From: a bacterium
GTDB taxonomy: Bacteria > Bacteroidota > Ignavibacteria > UBA10030
NCBI GenBank assembly: GCA_007280275.1
Contig: QYQB01000043.1
Span: forward strand, 1-47,910
Direction of reading: 5' to 3'
Length of the DNA stretch: 47,910 bases
Shown here: positions 45,477 to 47,910 of the stretch, piece by piece
How the letters are laid out: the number at the start of each line of letters is the position of its first letter
Numbering within the stretch: the first letter of the stretch is position 1
Made by a program: the position numbers and the translations under genes
Notes under the pieces: generated by a model
Told to the model about the DNA's origin: nothing
Databases searched by the model: none
The model's input: the letters and a program-made list of their open reading frames with translations, nothing else

Positions 45477-46805
45477 GTGAGCGTTATGAACTGGTTAGAT
45501 CAATATAAGAAAAAGGCTGTACCACTCGAAGAAGCAGTCTCCGTCGTGAAATCGGGAGACCGGATTTTTATCAGCGGAAACGCTGCGACCCCAACGTTGT
45601 TGGCGAACGGCCTGGCCAACAGAAAAGATGAGCTGCAAGACGTTGAAGTGAACCATATCCTCGTCTTGGGTGAAGATCCTCTTTCCAAACCGGGGATGCA
45701 GAATCATTTCCGCCACAATTCGCTTTTCGTTGGTGCTGCTGATCGTCAGGCCATCGAGGACGGACTCTCGGACTATGTCCCCGTCCACCTCTCGGATATC
45801 CCTGGACTTTTCACAGATCAAATAATTCCGATCGATGTTGCGCTTGTTCATCTATCCCAGCCCGATGATCATGGGTTTATGAGCTTTGGCGTTGAATGCG
45901 CTGCTTCCAAGGCTGCTGCGGAGAGCGCAAAGCTTGTCGTTGCCCAGGTGAATGAGCGGATGCCGCGGACGCTGGGGGATGTATTCATCCATGTCTCACG
46001 TGTTCACAAGGTCGTTGAGTGTTCAGAGCCGCTGAAGACGCTCAAGGAAGGGGTCTCGACTGATCTTGAGCGGAGGATAGCGTCTCACATCGCGAACCTC
46101 GTTGAAGACGGGGCAACGCTGCAACTAGGCATTGGAGGTATCCCGGACGCGGTCTTCGCGCTGCTTGAGGGAAGAAAAGATCTCGGAATTCACACCGAGA
46201 TGGTATCGGACGGTGTGGTGAAGGCGATCGAGCGGGGAATCATCACGAACCAGAAGAAGACGCTTCATCCGGGCAAGGTGGTGGCTACCTTTGTGCTGGG
46301 ATCGGAAAGCCTGTACGAATACGTTCACAACAACCCGCTGTTTGAGATGCATCCCTGCAACTATACGAACAATCCGTTCATTGTGTCCCAAAACGCGAAG
46401 ATGGTGGCCATCAACTCTGCAATCGAGGTCGACATTACAGGACAAGTGTGTTCGGATTCCATAGGGAGCCGAATTTACAGCGGCTTCGGCGGCCAGGTCG
46501 ATTTCATCCGGGGGGCAGCGTACTCGAAAGGGGGAAAGCCGATCATCGCTCTCTCCTCAACGGCCAAGGGAGGAGAGCTCAGCCGCATCGTGCCTCAGCT
46601 CAAGCAAGGGGCAGGTGTGGTTACCTCACGCGCCGACGTTCACTATGTCGTGACCGAATTTGGGGCCGCATTGCTGCACGGGCGGAACCTCCGGCAGCGG
46701 GCTGAGGCCCTCATCGCGATAGCGCATCCGAAGTTCCACGATGAACTTGAGCGAGCGCTCCGAAAACCTGAGCGCCGGGAAACCCGGACCGACGTGCGTG
46801 TCTAG
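45477..46805 (+). CDS. Acetyl-CoA hydrolase/transferase family protein (4-hydroxybutyrate CoA-transferase-like); start may be ATG 45486
   Basis: TLQLGIGGIPDAV, DLGIHTEM, AINSAIEVDITGQV, SGFGGQVDFIRGA, YVVTEFG, IAHPKF. Confidence 0.92.
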   Translation: MSVMNWLDQYKKKAVPLEEAVSVVKSGDRIFISGNAATPTLLANGLANRKDELQDVEVNHILVLGEDPLSKPGMQNHFRHNSLFVGAADRQAIEDGLSDYVPVHLSDIPGLFTDQIIPIDVALVHLSQPDDHGFMSFGVECAASKAAAESAKLVVAQVNERMPRTLGDVFIHVSRVHKVVECSEPLKTLKEGVSTDLERRIASHIANLVEDGATLQLGIGGIPDAVFALLEGRKDLGIHTEMVSDGVVKAIERGIITNQKKTLHPGKVVATFVLGSESLYEYVHNNPLFEMHPCNYTNNPFIVSQNAKMVAINSAIEVDITGQVCSDSIGSRIYSGFGGQVDFIRGAAYSKGGKPIIALSSTAKGGELSRIVPQLKQGAGVVTSRADVHYVVTEFGAALLHGRNLRQRAEALIAIAHPKFHDELERALRKPERRETRTDVRV

Positions 46806-46822
46806 CGATCGTGTTGCTCAAA

Positions 46823-46869
46823 ATACAAAGGCCGGGGGACGCTTGACGTCCTGCCGGCCTTCTTTGTAT
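46823..46869. terminator. Bidirectional terminator between convergent genes
   Basis: atacaaaggccgg-gggacg ... cgtcct-g-ccggccttctttgtat inverted repeat. Confidence 0.75.
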
Positions 46870-46895
46870 CCCCATTCCTTCTTTTCTCGCTGCTC

Positions 46896-47627
46896 TCAGC
46901 GGAGAGTCTGCTCCCAGTAGACGGTATTCGTTTTCTGGTTGATGAGCATGACCTGTTTCGGAACGACTGCAAACCGCGCTCCCTTTCTGATCTCCCCTTG
47001 TCCCATGTCAATTTTAAACCGGACCTTGAAGAACATGTTCGCGTCGTCGTTCTTTGCAGACCGTGCAATGTCGCGTGCCACCTGCCATCTGAAATATGGA
47101 TTGAATTTCAAATGAATCGAGGAAGCCCGATACCCCTTCTTGATTGTGTCTGCAAGCCCGACGTAGGCGTTGGCGAAGATCTCGGTTGAGACTGACGGCA
47201 AATTGTAAGGGGCCTCGATCGTCGATCGGCAGGCGATGTTATAGACCTGATTGTCGGCATCGTATTGCTCCATATCGGCCTTGAGAATCACGCCGATCAC
47301 ACGCTGATCAAACTTCTTGTCCTTGATGAACTTTGTGACCTTCGCGAAGTATTGCTGCCTGGCATCCACAGTGCGTTTTTCGAATTCTGCTGTCGTTTCA
47401 AATTCGGTTTTCTTGCCGACGGTTTTCGTGTAATTGTCGGTTTCATCCTTCAAAAAAGTCCAAGCTTCTTTTAGGATTGTGGTAAAATCGGCGGCGGAAA
47501 GGTTGTCCTCCGGCAACGGAGTCGCCGGCGTTGCCTGCGTCGATTGGGATGACAGAAGGGATGGAATCAAGACAAGCGCCAAAAGAAGCGCGAAGTGGCG
47601 AATCACATCCCCGAGAAAGGTTCTCAT
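46896..47627 (-). CDS. Exported hypothetical protein
   Basis: 243 aa; RBS AAGGGGG; hydrophobic signal peptide; KKTEFETTAEFEKR motif; no family recognised. Confidence 0.75.
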   Translation of the reverse strand: MRTFLGDVIRHFALLLALVLIPSLLSSQSTQATPATPLPEDNLSAADFTTILKEAWTFLKDETDNYTKTVGKKTEFETTAEFEKRTVDARQQYFAKVTKFIKDKKFDQRVIGVILKADMEQYDADNQVYNIACRSTIEAPYNLPSVSTEIFANAYVGLADTIKKGYRASSIHLKFNPYFRWQVARDIARSAKNDDANMFFKVRFKIDMGQGEIRKGARFAVVPKQVMLINQKTNTVYWEQTLR

Positions 47628-47910
47628 AGTTCCCCCTTATTGCTTTGGTGGTTCAGGACATTCAGCGATGACATGATGCGATGTGCGGTGTCGCCAGTAC
47701 TCTTCCTGCACTCCCGGACTCAGGTGCTTCCCTCTAAACTGCTGCAGAAATGCAGACCAGGGAATCGCTGCCCGCATCGCTCCAGGGCTTCCACGTTGGA
47801 CAGGGAGCCAATGACGTAGCGATGAATGGCCCTCTGCCAGCGGTTAATCCTCAAATATACACTATTTCCTGTAATTTGCATGGTATTTTTTGCCCCCTGA
47901 GATCGGGATC

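Noticed and set aside
1-47910. CRISPR arrays, tRNA/rRNA genes, transposases or integrases
   Set aside because: No repeat-spacer periodicity or recognisable RNA or recombinase genes seen; the repeats found are coding duplications or short micro-arrays.

Overview
Window from an FCB-group bacterium, most likely Ignavibacteria-like (inferred from T9SS type-A C-terminal sorting tails LxQNYPNPFNP...K(K/R)xxLxK together with ordinary GGAGG ribosome-binding sites). Its core is a ~30 kb multiheme cytochrome island (12.7-42.7 kb) with 11 c-type cytochrome genes and, by my manual count, about 112 heme-binding motifs. The island looks like a complete extracellular electron transfer chain. It has five different quinone-reactive inner-membrane modules: a fused CbcL-like c/b protein, a split CbcL-like c+b pair, an ImcH-like protein, a cytochrome c/NrfC/NrfD trio and a Rieske/cytochrome b/multiheme trio. 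It also has a c554-like periplasmic tetraheme, a porin + 14-heme + lipoprotein cytochrome conduit, and a CcmF heme lyase. Most unusual are three tandem paralogous 9-motif cytochromes that carry T9SS sorting domains and a conserved contracted CxCH motif. Upstream lie a 20xFN3 T9SS cargo protein, a PDZ-only protein, a NifL-like PAS kinase/sigma54-activator pair, an HTH-only copy of that activator's DNA-binding domain, and a MarR regulator. Paired palindromes (about TTCNCA-N4-TGNGAA, 30-32 bp apart) sit upstream of four sigma54 -24/-12 sites. They suggest one regulon covering the HTH-only gene, the T9SS cytochromes, the membrane cytochrome operon and ald/CoA-transferase. Family assignments come from motif recognition by eye; no database searches were run.
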